DNA of 64,000 bases, from assembly GCA_963708295.1 (NCBI GenBank), contig CAVPSJ010000014.1, positions 288,001 to 352,000 of the forward strand, read 5' to 3'. The notes under the pieces are model-generated. The model had not been told where the DNA came from. It worked only from the letters and a program-made list of their open reading frames with translations, and did no database searches. Shown one piece after another: positions 19,470 to 29,626 of this stretch. The translations under genes and the position numbers were made by a program. The first letter of the stretch is position 1; each line of letters starts with the position of its first letter. Source of the stretch: an uncultured delta proteobacterium (lineage in GTDB: Bacteria; Desulfobacterota; BSN033; UBA1163).

Positions 19470-20732
19470 CTATCTTCGTTCCACAATGGTGCATATGCCG
19501 AGCCCGCCGCCGCCACAGATGGTCAGCAGGCCGTATCTCACGCGCCTTCGCACCATCTCATGCACCAGGGTGACCAATCTCATGACACCCGTCGCCCCGA
19601 TCGGATGGCCGAGAGAGATGCCCGAGCCGTTGACATTCACCTTCGTCTCAAGGTCTTGAGGCTTCAGGCCCATCAGTTTCGCATCGGCCAGGGTTTGGAC
19701 AGCGAAGGCCTCTTGAATCTCGATCAAGTCCATCTGGTCAATGGTGAGGCCGGCCCTCTTGAGAGCTTTGCTTACCGCAATCGGTACAGCCGGATAAGTG
19801 AGAGTGGGATCCGCCCCGCCGATGCCGAACGATTTGATATAGGCCAACGGCTTGAGACCGTGCTGACTTGCTTTTTCCAGTGTCATCAGGACGATCGCTG
19901 CCGCCCCGTCGTTCTCGCTCGACGAGTTGCCTGCGGTACATACGCCACCCGCATAAACAGGTTTTAGTTTAGCCAGCTGTTCCAGTGTTGTCTCACGACG
20001 GGGGGTCTCATCTATACTGAAGAGATCTTCCCCGCCTTTCCCGGGAACGGGCACAGGAACAATCTCCTCCTTGAATTTTCCCGAATCCATGGCGGCAATC
20101 GCTTTCTGATGGGAACGGATCGACCATTGATCCGCTTCGGACCGACTGATGTTTTCGTTCTTTGCAGCTGTTTCTGCCCAGGTCATCATAGAGTTGAGCT
20201 CGCCAAAACGCTCGATCGGTTGATGCATGGGCCGGCCGCGCTGTATCCTATCGTAGAGGGGAATCCCCCACAAATTCAGGCTTCCGTGCTGTCTCGGGAA
20301 AAATCCCCACTTGGGATCTGTTTTGCCCCCGACCCCCCACTTGAGGAACTCGCCGGGAATATAGAACTCTGCACGGCTCATGCTGTCTGCCCCGGCGGAA
20401 ACGACGACCTCCGCATATTCAGCCTGTATTTCCATGGCCGCGGTCCACAGGGAGGCGACTCCGCCGCAACAACGCCTGTCAACCGTCATACCCGGAACCT
20501 CAACCGGCCAGCCTGCCTTGAGCAGAGCCAGCCGTGCAAGGTTGGGCGATTCACCTCCGGCGTAGGCCTGCGATAAAACGACATCATCGACCTCTATCGG
20601 CTTAACGTTTGAAAGCTTCACGACCTCATTCAGAACCGTGGCCGCGAGTTTCTCTACCGGTACTTCGCGCATTGTTCCGCAGTAAGCTCCGATGGGTGTT
20701 CGTACGCCTGCAGTGATGACGACTTCCTTCAT
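19470..20732 (-). CDS. Thiolase (acetyl-CoA C-acyltransferase)
   Basis: VRTPIG, RRCCGG catalytic Cys, TAGNSS..NDGAA, QEAFA, GHPIGATG, CGGGG. Confidence 0.93.
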   Translation of the reverse strand: MKEVVITAGVRTPIGAYCGTMREVPVEKLAATVLNEVVKLSNVKPIEVDDVVLSQAYAGGESPNLARLALLKAGWPVEVPGMTVDRRCCGGVASLWTAAMEIQAEYAEVVVSAGADSMSRAEFYIPGEFLKWGVGGKTDPKWGFFPRQHGSLNLWGIPLYDRIQRGRPMHQPIERFGELNSMMTWAETAAKNENISRSEADQWSIRSHQKAIAAMDSGKFKEEIVPVPVPGKGGEDLFSIDETPRRETTLEQLAKLKPVYAGGVCTAGNSSSENDGAAAIVLMTLEKASQHGLKPLAYIKSFGIGGADPTLTYPAVPIAVSKALKRAGLTIDQMDLIEIQEAFAVQTLADAKLMGLKPQDLETKVNVNGSGISLGHPIGATGVMRLVTLVHEMVRRRVRYGLLTICGGGGLGICTIVERR

Positions 20733-20919
20733 TAGGATACCCTCCTTCTCAGCGTTAGATGATTTAAATAAGTCTCAGGGGACTCCCGATTTAAGATCCC
20801 CGTGCTTCCCGTGACGTGCAAAATGACTGATTGATATATACACAATTTAAGGAATTTGTTCAATCAGAACTTTCGTCTTGCCACCCCAGTTATTCTTCTG
20901 GTCACAGGATGGTTATCGA

Positions 20920-20969
20920 TAACCCCCCTTCATCCCCCCTTAAATTAAGGGGGGAATAGAGGGGGGTTA
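20920..20969. repeat. REP-like palindrome
   Basis: TAACCCCCCT..CCCCCCTTAAATTAAGGGGGG..AGGGGGGTTA; similar to 36761-36804. Confidence 0.6.
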
Positions 20970-21180
20970 GTTTGGCTGCATGAGCATCAACGAGGGAGAG
21001 TGGGATTGAATGTCATTAAGAGCCTTGATCTCGATTACCTCAACGCGGGCCTTGTGAAGCCTCGGAGGGGATTTACCCTGGTGGCGGGAAAGGAACTTTC
21101 GTTAAGTCAAGAAATAAGGTGCATTCACCCGGGCATATCTCACAAGGAGATTTGAAGTGGCTGGTTCTCGAAGGGTTTCT

Positions 21181-21453
21181 TTATCTCCATTTATAAATGA
21201 TACCGTTTGAATCGACGAAGAACGTATACGTCCAAAGATAGCCGCCATACCATCCTGTGGGAACCCATTGCTCCCAGATATAGACACTTCCGCCTTTCCC
21301 ATCAGGAGTCACTCGTGTAGGGGGACCCAGGTGTTCTCTAACCGTGGAAATAGGTTGGCCAATTTCGCCCCGCGGGAGTTGGTCGATTGCGGAACATCCG
21401 AAACTCAAAATGAATAATAACAAAATCACCCATTTAGCAAATATTGGCTTCAT
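21181..21453 (-). CDS. Small lipoprotein, hypothetical
   Basis: Lipobox SFGC; LGPPTRV.PDGKGG.VYIW..TFFVDSNGIIYKW. Confidence 0.75.
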   Translation of the reverse strand: MKPIFAKWVILLLFILSFGCSAIDQLPRGEIGQPISTVREHLGPPTRVTPDGKGGSVYIWEQWVPTGWYGGYLWTYTFFVDSNGIIYKWR

Positions 21454-21517
21454 TCAGATTCCTTCTTCTTTTTTTAATATATCTATTACACTCATCATTA
21501 TCAATAAAAAATAAGAA

Positions 21518-21544
21518 ACCCCATTTCCTTTTGAGAAATGGGGT
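21518..21544 (-). terminator. Intrinsic terminator after the molybdopterin oxidoreductase gene
   Basis: ACCCCATTTC/GAAATGGGGT stem followed on the minus strand by a T-rich tract. Confidence 0.6.
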
Positions 21545-21590
21545 CCTAAATTCACTTCCACGTTCTTATCGGTAACGGCGACCAAAAATA

Positions 21591-23936
21591 TTACGCCTTG
21601 GTCATTCTGCAGGGGACGCCCCTGATCTGTCCGGCGCCGTCGATCGGATCAAGCGGGCCATCCAGCGTGTGTGAAAGGTTGATATTGGGCTGCAACCTTT
21701 TTGCCATTTCCCTCTCCTCCGCCTGGTGAAAATGTGAATTGCCCCAGATGACCTTCGGATGAAGTTGAGGAGCGAAGACGACTTTCCTTCTGAAACGGTT
21801 CTTGTTTTGATGGGTCTCGATCCACACCCACTCCCCTTCCTTTATTCCCATCTCTTTTGCTGTCTCCGGATGAACCTCAATAATCGGGTCCGGCACCCTT
21901 TTTCGGCGGGTCGGCAGATTCAGGCCGAGCCCGTGGTAGATCTCCAGTGTCCTGCCGTCCGTGAGGATGAGGGGATAAGCGTTCAAGACATCTGAGGAGG
22001 GATACTTCTCCTCATAGTAGGGGAGGGGATGATATCCGTACTTCTCCAGTTTGGTCGACCAGATTTCGCATTTCCCGGTCGGGGTATCGACGCCCGGTTT
22101 GCCGTCAGGACGAAGGAGCCCCTTTTCATATTTTTTCTCAACGAGAGGGACGGAGAGAATGCCAAGCTTCTTCAATTCGGCGAATGTGATTCCTGCCTTC
22201 TTCAGTCTGAGATTGAAAAGATCTTCAGGGGTCTTGACCTGCTCCCCAAAAGGGAGAGCCACGCCCATCTTGTTGAGGACGTCGAATAGCACCTCGTACT
22301 CGTCACGACACTCCCCCAAAGGCTCGATCACCTTCTGCCGGGCAGCGATGAAATTGGGGTAGTTCTGAGCGTCGGCAATCTCGTCCCGCTCCAGCCAGGA
22401 AGCAGGAGGAATGATATAATCGGCGATATCCGCCGTCGGTGTTCTGAAGAAATCGACCACGACCAGGAGATCCAGTTTCTTCAGAGCCTCGATTACCCTC
22501 ATACTGTCCTCGGAATGGACCACGGGGTTGCTGCTCGTCCAGAGAGCCTTGATCAGGCCGCCTTTTTCCAGATCCTTGTACCAAAGCCCGGGATGGACCT
22601 TCGACCGGATCGAATTCGGTCCGGCGAAGAGGGGATACTCCGCCGCTCCGATCTGTTTTTCCTCAGCCTTTAGGTTTCGCAAATCCCTTGACGTATCGAG
22701 ATAGGAGCTGATCGGAAACTGGACGACCCCGTTCCCTTCTCTGGCATCAAAGTTCCCGGTGACCGTGATCAGCAAACTGAGAAGGCGTGTCGTCTGGATG
22801 ACATTATTATGCATGGTGGTTCCCATATGGGACAGGAGCGCAGCGGGTTTGCTCGTGGCGTAGGTCCTGGCCGCATCGATCATCTGCTTTGCGGGAACCC
22901 ACGTGATCTCTTCCACTTTTTCCGGCGTAAACGGTTCAACGACCTTTGCGAACCTTTGCCAGACCGTCTCGCAGGCAACCTCTTTTCCATCCTTTAAGGC
23001 GACCCTGAAGGTGCCGGAAAGGGCCGGCGTCATATCCGTCTTCTCATATTTCACCTCTTGGGTGTCATAGACGACAGGACGGTTTGATTTCGGGTCCCAG
23101 GCGAAATAGTTGTCAGACTTCCCTCCCTCATTTAGATCGCTCTCACGAAGAAGCCTCTTTTCATCGGTCCGTACGAGAAAGGGCGCGTTCGTCCAATCCC
23201 GGACAAAAGGCTCATCGTATAGCTTCTCCTTGATGATGACATTCAGCCAGCCCAGGGCCAGGGCATCATCGGTTGCAGGTTTGACCCTCAGCCATTGATC
23301 CGCCTCTTTAGCCACTTCATTTTTTCGGGGATCGACGACGATGAGCTTGGCGCCCTTCTTATGTCCTTCCTGGATTCTCCACCACTTCGGCGGAAAGGAG
23401 ACGGCCATATTATGTCCCCACAGGACAATCGCCTTGCTGTCATAAAAATAGGACCCGGTCAGCTCGCATTTCACGTTGATCCCGTAGGTCAGGACGTCGG
23501 CCATAATATGGGGAGTGAAGCAATAGGGGCCATCGATCGTCAAATGTTGCGGAGATCCGATAGCCTGGCAAAACATACGACTGGGAATGGCTCCCCCTTT
23601 CGGATAAGTTCCGAAGCCCGCGGTAATCGATTCCGGGCCGTGTTTCTTGATGATGTCATTCAATTTCGCCGCAATCTCACCCAGCGCCTGGTCCCACGAT
23701 ATCTCCATCCATTTTCCTTCGCCCCGTTCGCCCGCGCGCTTCATGGGATGTCTGATTCTATCCGGATGATAGAGAAGCTCGTCATACGTGAGGCCCTTGA
23801 TGCAGAGCCTTCCTTTGTTTTGAGGGTGATCCGGGTCGCCCGCGATCTTTGTGACCTTTCCGTTTTCCTTATGAACCAAGACGCCACACCCGGACATGCA
23901 ACCCTCGCAAACCGTCCTGACGATCTCTTTTTCCAT
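21591..23936 (-). CDS. Molybdopterin/tungstopterin oxidoreductase, DMSO-reductase family (acetylene-hydratase-like clade), cytoplasmic
   Basis: N-terminal CxxCxxxC..C [4Fe-4S] motif (CEGCMSGC..LCIKG), putative Cys ligand in GPYCF, DPR/ADY/PPASWLE motifs, C-terminal dinucleotide-binding domain; no Tat signal; start after AGGAGG. Confidence 0.88.
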   Translation of the reverse strand: MEKEIVRTVCEGCMSGCGVLVHKENGKVTKIAGDPDHPQNKGRLCIKGLTYDELLYHPDRIRHPMKRAGERGEGKWMEISWDQALGEIAAKLNDIIKKHGPESITAGFGTYPKGGAIPSRMFCQAIGSPQHLTIDGPYCFTPHIMADVLTYGINVKCELTGSYFYDSKAIVLWGHNMAVSFPPKWWRIQEGHKKGAKLIVVDPRKNEVAKEADQWLRVKPATDDALALGWLNVIIKEKLYDEPFVRDWTNAPFLVRTDEKRLLRESDLNEGGKSDNYFAWDPKSNRPVVYDTQEVKYEKTDMTPALSGTFRVALKDGKEVACETVWQRFAKVVEPFTPEKVEEITWVPAKQMIDAARTYATSKPAALLSHMGTTMHNNVIQTTRLLSLLITVTGNFDAREGNGVVQFPISSYLDTSRDLRNLKAEEKQIGAAEYPLFAGPNSIRSKVHPGLWYKDLEKGGLIKALWTSSNPVVHSEDSMRVIEALKKLDLLVVVDFFRTPTADIADYIIPPASWLERDEIADAQNYPNFIAARQKVIEPLGECRDEYEVLFDVLNKMGVALPFGEQVKTPEDLFNLRLKKAGITFAELKKLGILSVPLVEKKYEKGLLRPDGKPGVDTPTGKCEIWSTKLEKYGYHPLPYYEEKYPSSDVLNAYPLILTDGRTLEIYHGLGLNLPTRRKRVPDPIIEVHPETAKEMGIKEGEWVWIETHQNKNRFRRKVVFAPQLHPKVIWGNSHFHQAEEREMAKRLQPNINLSHTLDGPLDPIDGAGQIRGVPCRMTKA

Positions 23937-24180
23937 GTTTCTCCTCCTGGAAGCAACTCTGGTCTTCATCATATGCTTTTCTTCCGGGTTTTTCAATCTA
24001 GACTTGGTTCACGGGAAAAAGAAGGATATCTATGCAGAACGTGCCTCACAGGAAAATTAGGATGATTGGCTCCTGGAGGACAAGGATTGGGGAGAAAAGA
24101 CTGTTGTCAGAATAGGTTGGACTAAGATATCGGCCTGGCCAGGTACGTCCCGCACGAACTTTCCCTAAACCGAACGTATC

Positions 24181-25344
24181 CTAAACTTTCACCGGTGCAG
24201 AACCTTGTTCTGCATTTTTTCGCCGTTTATACTGATTCCTAATGATGTTCTGTATCGGACGCTCGAAACCAATAAAGGTAAGATACGATAGAGGAATAAG
24301 TATTAAGAAGTAAAGCACAAAATAGACAGGATTCAAATAAAATTCAGGGTTCAACATCCCATAGCTGACCAATAGCCCAAACACTAGCTGAAGAGGGAAA
24401 TGCAATAGATATAATGAGTATGTGATATCTCCAATCCAAGAAAGTTCCTTTAAAAAGTGGTTCTTGTCAATCTCGATTAGAGCGAGGCCGCACACTGTGA
24501 AAGGATAGAAAATATAATAACGAAATCCGGTTAAAAGAACTTTTCCTGTAATTCCAATTTCAAAAATAAAATCACTAAATTTAAAAACATAGAAATCAAG
24601 TATAATGAGCACCCAAGAAAGTGCCGCCACAATATAAACGAACAACTTTGCTTTATGCAACTTTGCTGATATAAGAAACGTCAAGTGAAATACTGCTCCT
24701 CCTAAAAAAAATAACGCCAACCCTGTAAAAAAAACATGGTGAGCAAATAGAGCAACGGCAAAGGACAGGATCGAAGTGCCTAAGCAAAAGAACACTCCTC
24801 CTTGGCGGAAATACGCGACAGCAAAAAATACAAAATATAGAAGAATCTCAATTGATACTACCCACACAGGGGCATTAAATGACCAACCACGCTCCAAGCC
24901 CCATTTGGAAGCAAAGCCTAAATTTAGAATAAAATGATAAATATCATTAAACGGGTAAACAAACGAATTACCATTATGTAAGATGTACACATGCTGAAGC
25001 AATGCAACAATGAGTAGTGTCAAAAAATGTAAAGGCCATAATCGGGAAAAGCGCTTTAGCCAAAACTCACCAAAACTTAAGTGCTTATTTTCTATAGGCG
25101 TCCTATAAAGCCAAAAGAAAGTAAAACCTGAAAGAATAAAGAAGTATTCAACGGCCGTAAAACCTTTTTCATAAAAAATCCTAAATATTGCATATAAAGG
25201 CTCGCCTGCTCTGTTAAAGTTCTCGGAAAGAGAATTGCTAATGGATCCGAAATGCTGCCAATGCCATATCACCACCGCCAACGTAGCGATACCTCTCGAT
25301 ACATTCAAGGCGTAAAACCTTTTTGGCCAGGTATTACTATTCAT
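24181..25344 (-). CDS. Acyltransferase family 3 (OafA/YrhL-like) membrane protein
   Basis: RGIATLAVVIWH, VEYFFILSGF, KRFSRLWP, FNAPVWVVSIE, GDITYSLYLLHFP; markedly AT-rich. Confidence 0.9.
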   Translation of the reverse strand: MNSNTWPKRFYALNVSRGIATLAVVIWHWQHFGSISNSLSENFNRAGEPLYAIFRIFYEKGFTAVEYFFILSGFTFFWLYRTPIENKHLSFGEFWLKRFSRLWPLHFLTLLIVALLQHVYILHNGNSFVYPFNDIYHFILNLGFASKWGLERGWSFNAPVWVVSIEILLYFVFFAVAYFRQGGVFFCLGTSILSFAVALFAHHVFFTGLALFFLGGAVFHLTFLISAKLHKAKLFVYIVAALSWVLIILDFYVFKFSDFIFEIGITGKVLLTGFRYYIFYPFTVCGLALIEIDKNHFLKELSWIGDITYSLYLLHFPLQLVFGLLVSYGMLNPEFYLNPVYFVLYFLILIPLSYLTFIGFERPIQNIIRNQYKRRKNAEQGSAPVKV

Positions 25345-25359
25345 CGTTGTTATTATGCT

Positions 25360-26628
25360 TCATGGAAGATTTTCAGGTGAACCATCAGAAAGGAGTTTGT
25401 CGACCAGTTGAAGAGGATGAAGGACTTGGATGCGGTCTTTCTCGGTCAGATTCCCGCCGATGGTGACCCGGCAGCCCGGGCATCCGGTAACGACGATAGA
25501 AGCTCCTGTCTCCCGGATGTTCTTTAATTTATTTTCCGTGATTCCTCTGGAAATCTGGGGAAAGTCGAACTGGAAAGACCCTCCGCCCCCGCAGCAGATG
25601 TTGGCATCTTTCATTTCGACAAATTCCACCCCGGGCAGAGCCTTCAATATCTTTCGAGGTGGCTGGCTTATACCTTGTGCCCTTACCAGGTGGCAGGGGT
25701 CGTGGTAGGTCACCCGAATCTTCTCCCCGCTTCCGTCCTTTCGGAACGGGAGAAGATGAATCCTCTCGGCGACATATTCCATGACATCAACGGTTTTCTT
25801 ACTCAAGGCTTCGGCCTGGGTTGTATCCATTCCTTTTCTTTTCAGCAAGGCGATATATTCTTTCTTAAAGGCCGCTCCGCACGTGGCGCAGTCCACAATG
25901 ACGGTTTGGACCTCCTCGCGCGCCATGGCCGCAATATTCTTCTCCACATTGCTGAAAGGGATATCCGCTTCTCCTGATAAGATGGGGGCGATGCCGCAGC
26001 AGTCCTGCCCGGATGGGATGTCTATCTGCAATTGCAGCTTCTTCAGGATGCTTACCACTGCCTGACCGACATCCTCTGCAAAATAGTTGGTGAAACAGCC
26101 AGTGAAGTAGTAGACCCGGCCACTCGGCGTACCGTCCGGAAGAATAGTTCCATGGAAGCGGTCCCGGAAGGGTTTCGGATTGACCTTAGGCAATTTTTCG
26201 ACGGGGATGTTTCCAACCCGCATGCTCTTGGCAAAGGTTTGGAGCAGCCAATTGCGTCCGAGTCTGGCGAAGATCTGCGAAGCGTGGAGAAGTTTCTCGT
26301 TTGTCAGCAGACGGAAGATGAACTGTTTTTTCCAGTTCAGTCCGTATTTCTTGATCAGCTTCGTCCGCAAATCCGTGAAGACCTGATCGTGCCGGACGCC
26401 GCTGGGGCAATTCACGACGCAGTTTTCACAGAGGAGGCAGGTCAGGATGATTTCTTTGAAGCGCTTTGAAAGCTCGACGTCGCCTTCCAGGAAGTTTTTT
26501 ACCAGCTGGACTTTTCCCCGGGGGCTTGCGGCCTCCATGAGGACCTGCTGGTAGACCGGACACGCAGGGATGCAGAGGCCGCACTTATTGCACCGATCAA
26601 CCATCTCCCGTGTCTCTTGTAGTTCCAT
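25360..26628 (-). CDS. GlcF-like Fe-S subunit (2x[4Fe-4S] + CCG domains)
   Basis: CNKCGLCIPACP, CLLCENCVVNCP, CCG, YHDPCHL, CCGGGG, CPGC. Confidence 0.9.
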   Translation of the reverse strand: MELQETREMVDRCNKCGLCIPACPVYQQVLMEAASPRGKVQLVKNFLEGDVELSKRFKEIILTCLLCENCVVNCPSGVRHDQVFTDLRTKLIKKYGLNWKKQFIFRLLTNEKLLHASQIFARLGRNWLLQTFAKSMRVGNIPVEKLPKVNPKPFRDRFHGTILPDGTPSGRVYYFTGCFTNYFAEDVGQAVVSILKKLQLQIDIPSGQDCCGIAPILSGEADIPFSNVEKNIAAMAREEVQTVIVDCATCGAAFKKEYIALLKRKGMDTTQAEALSKKTVDVMEYVAERIHLLPFRKDGSGEKIRVTYHDPCHLVRAQGISQPPRKILKALPGVEFVEMKDANICCGGGGSFQFDFPQISRGITENKLKNIRETGASIVVTGCPGCRVTIGGNLTEKDRIQVLHPLQLVDKLLSDGSPENLP

Positions 26629-26733
26629 CTAATTACCCATATGGGGGATTAGGGAGATGCGGAGGTAGGGAGAAAATGAAAAGATCCTTTTTTCTCCCCA
26701 AACCCCAAGCTCCCCAAATCCCCAAATCAGAAT

Positions 26734-28116
26734 TTATGTTAGCCGGACGACTTTATCCGGGTTCAAGATATTGAGGGGATCAAAAACTCTTTTCAGATTT
26801 CGCGTAATCTCCATTGCTGCTTCCCCAATTTCAAAGGAGAGGATCTCCCTTTTTGCGATTCCGATCCCGTGTTCCCCGGTCAGGGTGCCGCCCAGCTCGA
26901 CCGCTTTGAACGAAATCTCATCGATCGCTTTGACCACCCTCTCCATCTCTTCCTTATTCCGGATATCCGTCAGGATCTGGGGATGTAAGTTCCCGTCACC
27001 GGCATGAGCCACGATCGGAATCAGCAAATTGTATTTCTGGGCGATCTTGCCGACCTCCTGAAACATGGTCACCAGCTTTGTCACGGGGACTGTGCAATCC
27101 TCTGCGATGGCGGTTGGTCTTAACCGGGCTTCGGCCCCATAGGCGGAGCGCCTGGCCCTCCAGATCTCTTCATTCTCGGCTGCAGTCTTGGCGAGCTTCA
27201 CCTCATGAGCCCCCATCTCCTGTAAGAGTTTGGTCAGCCGTTCTGCCTGGTCGATGACGCCGGCCTCCGGTCCGTCGACCTCAATCAAGAGCAGGGCTTC
27301 AGCTTCCCGGGGAAGACCGATATGGGTGTAATCTTCAATAATGTTGATAAAAGTCTTGTCCAGGAGCTCCAGCGCCACGGGGAGAATTCCCATATCCAGG
27401 ACTTTGAGCACTGTCTTCCCGGCATCGGCTAAATTCTTATACGCAGCCTGGAGCGTTCTTTTGGCCTCCGGTAAAGGAATCAACTTCAAGATGATTTCGG
27501 TGATAAGGCCCAGGGTTCCCTCCGAGCCGCAGAAGAGTTGGGTCAGATTGTATCCCGTGACATTCTTAATCGTCTTTCCCCCTGTCCGCAAAACCTGACC
27601 GGAGGCCAGGACGACCTCCATCCCGAGAAGGTAATCCTTGGTCACGCCATATTTTACGGCCCTGGGGCCGCCCGCATTTTCCGCCACATTTCCTCCCATC
27701 GTCGTGACCGCCATGCTTCCGGGGTCAGGAGGATAGTAGAGACCGTATTTGGCGAGCTCTTTCTGAAAATCCATATTGACCACACCGGGTTGAACGACGG
27801 CAACCCGATTCTCTTTATCGATATCGAGAATTTTGTTCATTTTGGTAAAGGTGAGGGCGATCCCTCCACGGATCGGAACGGATCCGCCGGTGAGGTTGGT
27901 AGCAGCTCCCCGGGCCGTCACGGGGATTTTTTCCCTGGTGGCAACTTTCATAATCTTTGAGACTTCTTCGGTCGTCACCGGGAAAAGAACGACGTCCGGT
28001 TGGCTTTTCACCATGAAGGCGTCGTAGGAATAGATCAGGAGATCTTCCTTCTCGTCCAGGTACCTATCGGGCCCCACAATGCCTTTCAACTCCGCCTTAA
28101 GTTCATTGCTCAGCAT
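26734..28116 (-). CDS. GlcD-like FAD-linked 2-hydroxyacid oxidase/dehydrogenase
   Basis: RGAATNLTGG, YPPDPGS, GGNVAENAGG.RAVKYGVT, GSEGTLG, HAGDGNLHP, GEHGIG, LNPDK. Confidence 0.92.
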   Translation of the reverse strand: MLSNELKAELKGIVGPDRYLDEKEDLLIYSYDAFMVKSQPDVVLFPVTTEEVSKIMKVATREKIPVTARGAATNLTGGSVPIRGGIALTFTKMNKILDIDKENRVAVVQPGVVNMDFQKELAKYGLYYPPDPGSMAVTTMGGNVAENAGGPRAVKYGVTKDYLLGMEVVLASGQVLRTGGKTIKNVTGYNLTQLFCGSEGTLGLITEIILKLIPLPEAKRTLQAAYKNLADAGKTVLKVLDMGILPVALELLDKTFINIIEDYTHIGLPREAEALLLIEVDGPEAGVIDQAERLTKLLQEMGAHEVKLAKTAAENEEIWRARRSAYGAEARLRPTAIAEDCTVPVTKLVTMFQEVGKIAQKYNLLIPIVAHAGDGNLHPQILTDIRNKEEMERVVKAIDEISFKAVELGGTLTGEHGIGIAKREILSFEIGEAAMEITRNLKRVFDPLNILNPDKVVRLT

Positions 28117-28204
28117 GGGTTCCAACCTCCCGGCCACACATGAAATGTGTCAAATTCCAAGCACCAAATCCCAAACTCCCAAGAATACTACTCCGCCATA
28201 TACA

Positions 28205-28289
28205 CCCCATCCCCCTCCTTGCCTCCCCCTTGAAGGGGGAGGAATACCGATTTCCCTCCTCCTGAAGGGGAGGGAAATGGTGGGAGTGT
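28205..28289. repeat. REP-like palindrome doublet
   Basis: CCTCCCCCTTGAAGGGGGAGG and TTTCCCTCCTCCTGAAGGGGAGGGAAA. Confidence 0.6.
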
Positions 28290-28301
28290 GATGATACCAT
28301 T

Positions 28302-29528
28302 CTACTTCTTCGCCGATTTGACTTCCTTCACGATTTTCTTAAACTCGCTCTCTTTCACCGTTCGCTTCAGGTCATTGGCCTTCAGTTTTACCCGCCGAAG
28401 GACTTCCATGCCGTCTTCATCGGAGAGTTTGATTCCCAGCTTAGTTGACCAGAGCGCGATGTTGTCGACCCCGCTCTTCTTACCCATCAGGATCTCGGGC
28501 ATGTCATGACCGATGAATTTCGGGTGTACCGGGAAAACGATGGTAGGATCTTTCTCGAAAGCATTTTTATACCAGCTTGTGACGATTCCCGACTCGACCG
28601 CGTAGGCCTTATTGCCGATAAAGGGCCGGTTTTCAGGAGATTCGATCCCTGACAGGTCACTCACGAGTCTTGAAAGTTCATTCAGTTTACCGTAGTCGAT
28701 TCCCACGTCGATTCCGTAAAACGTTAATAGCGCCAAAACCGTTTCTTCCATAGGGGCATTGCCGCATCGTTCGCCAATTCCGCCAATGGTTGTATGAAGT
28801 ACTTCTGCCCCGGATAGGACCGCCATGAGGGTGTTGGCGACGCCGAGGCCGAAATCGGAGTGGAAGTGGATTTCGAGAGGCTTCTTCACATTCTCTTTGA
28901 TCTTTCGGGTAAAATAAGTTGCCGCTTGAGGGGAAAGCACACCGAAGGTGTCCACGAGGGTGAAGGCATCCATGTGCCCTTCCGTGGCTACCCGATTCAC
29001 CAATTTGAGCAACCAGTCCATGTCGGTTCGGGTGCCGTCGATCGTGAAGAAGACGGTATACAGTCCCTGCGTCTTGGCGAAAGCGGTGGCCTTGATGGAA
29101 AGGTCGATAGCCTTCTCCAACGGCCATTTGTAAGCATGTTCAACCAGATGGGCACTGGCAGGAATTTCGATCACAATCCCTTTGACACCGCAGTCCACTG
29201 CCTTTTTCACATCGTCCACCATGCAGCGGGTGAAACAGAAAATCTCCGGACCGAGATTCCGTTTCACGATCTCCTTGATCGCCGCCTCATCCGGAGGGGA
29301 GACAGCCGGCATGCCGGCCTCGATTCGATGCACGCCTACTTCAGCCAATTTTTCGGCGATCCGCACTTTATCGTCTTTGGTGAAGATCACTCCCGCCTGT
29401 TGTTCCCCGTCACGGAGCGTAACATCGTGGACGATCACTTTCTTCGGGGGAGTGAAATCCTTGGTCACTTCGGTCAAGTAGTTCCAAGGGCTCACAAACC
29501 AATTGTCAGTCTTCCAGGGTGTACTCAT
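28302..29528 (-). CDS. DRE-TIM metallolyase (homocitrate/citramalate synthase-like), no C-terminal regulatory domain
   Basis: DVTLRDGEQ, IEAG, HFHSDFGL..AN, GIGERCGNA, GKKSG. Confidence 0.85.
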   Translation of the reverse strand: MSTPWKTDNWFVSPWNYLTEVTKDFTPPKKVIVHDVTLRDGEQQAGVIFTKDDKVRIAEKLAEVGVHRIEAGMPAVSPPDEAAIKEIVKRNLGPEIFCFTRCMVDDVKKAVDCGVKGIVIEIPASAHLVEHAYKWPLEKAIDLSIKATAFAKTQGLYTVFFTIDGTRTDMDWLLKLVNRVATEGHMDAFTLVDTFGVLSPQAATYFTRKIKENVKKPLEIHFHSDFGLGVANTLMAVLSGAEVLHTTIGGIGERCGNAPMEETVLALLTFYGIDVGIDYGKLNELSRLVSDLSGIESPENRPFIGNKAYAVESGIVTSWYKNAFEKDPTIVFPVHPKFIGHDMPEILMGKKSGVDNIALWSTKLGIKLSDEDGMEVLRRVKLKANDLKRTVKESEFKKIVKEVKSAKK

Positions 29529-29626
29529 TCTTCAAATCCTCCTTTTTTGTTTTTTGTCGAATGTTCATAATAACATAGCTTGCCTCGTCTCTGCCACGGA
29601 TGGACAGCGCGAATCAACCTATAATG

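Noticed and set aside
20980-21110. Short coding-looking stretch (LNVIKSLDLDYLNAGLVKP)
   Set aside because: May be a gene remnant but is too short to assign.
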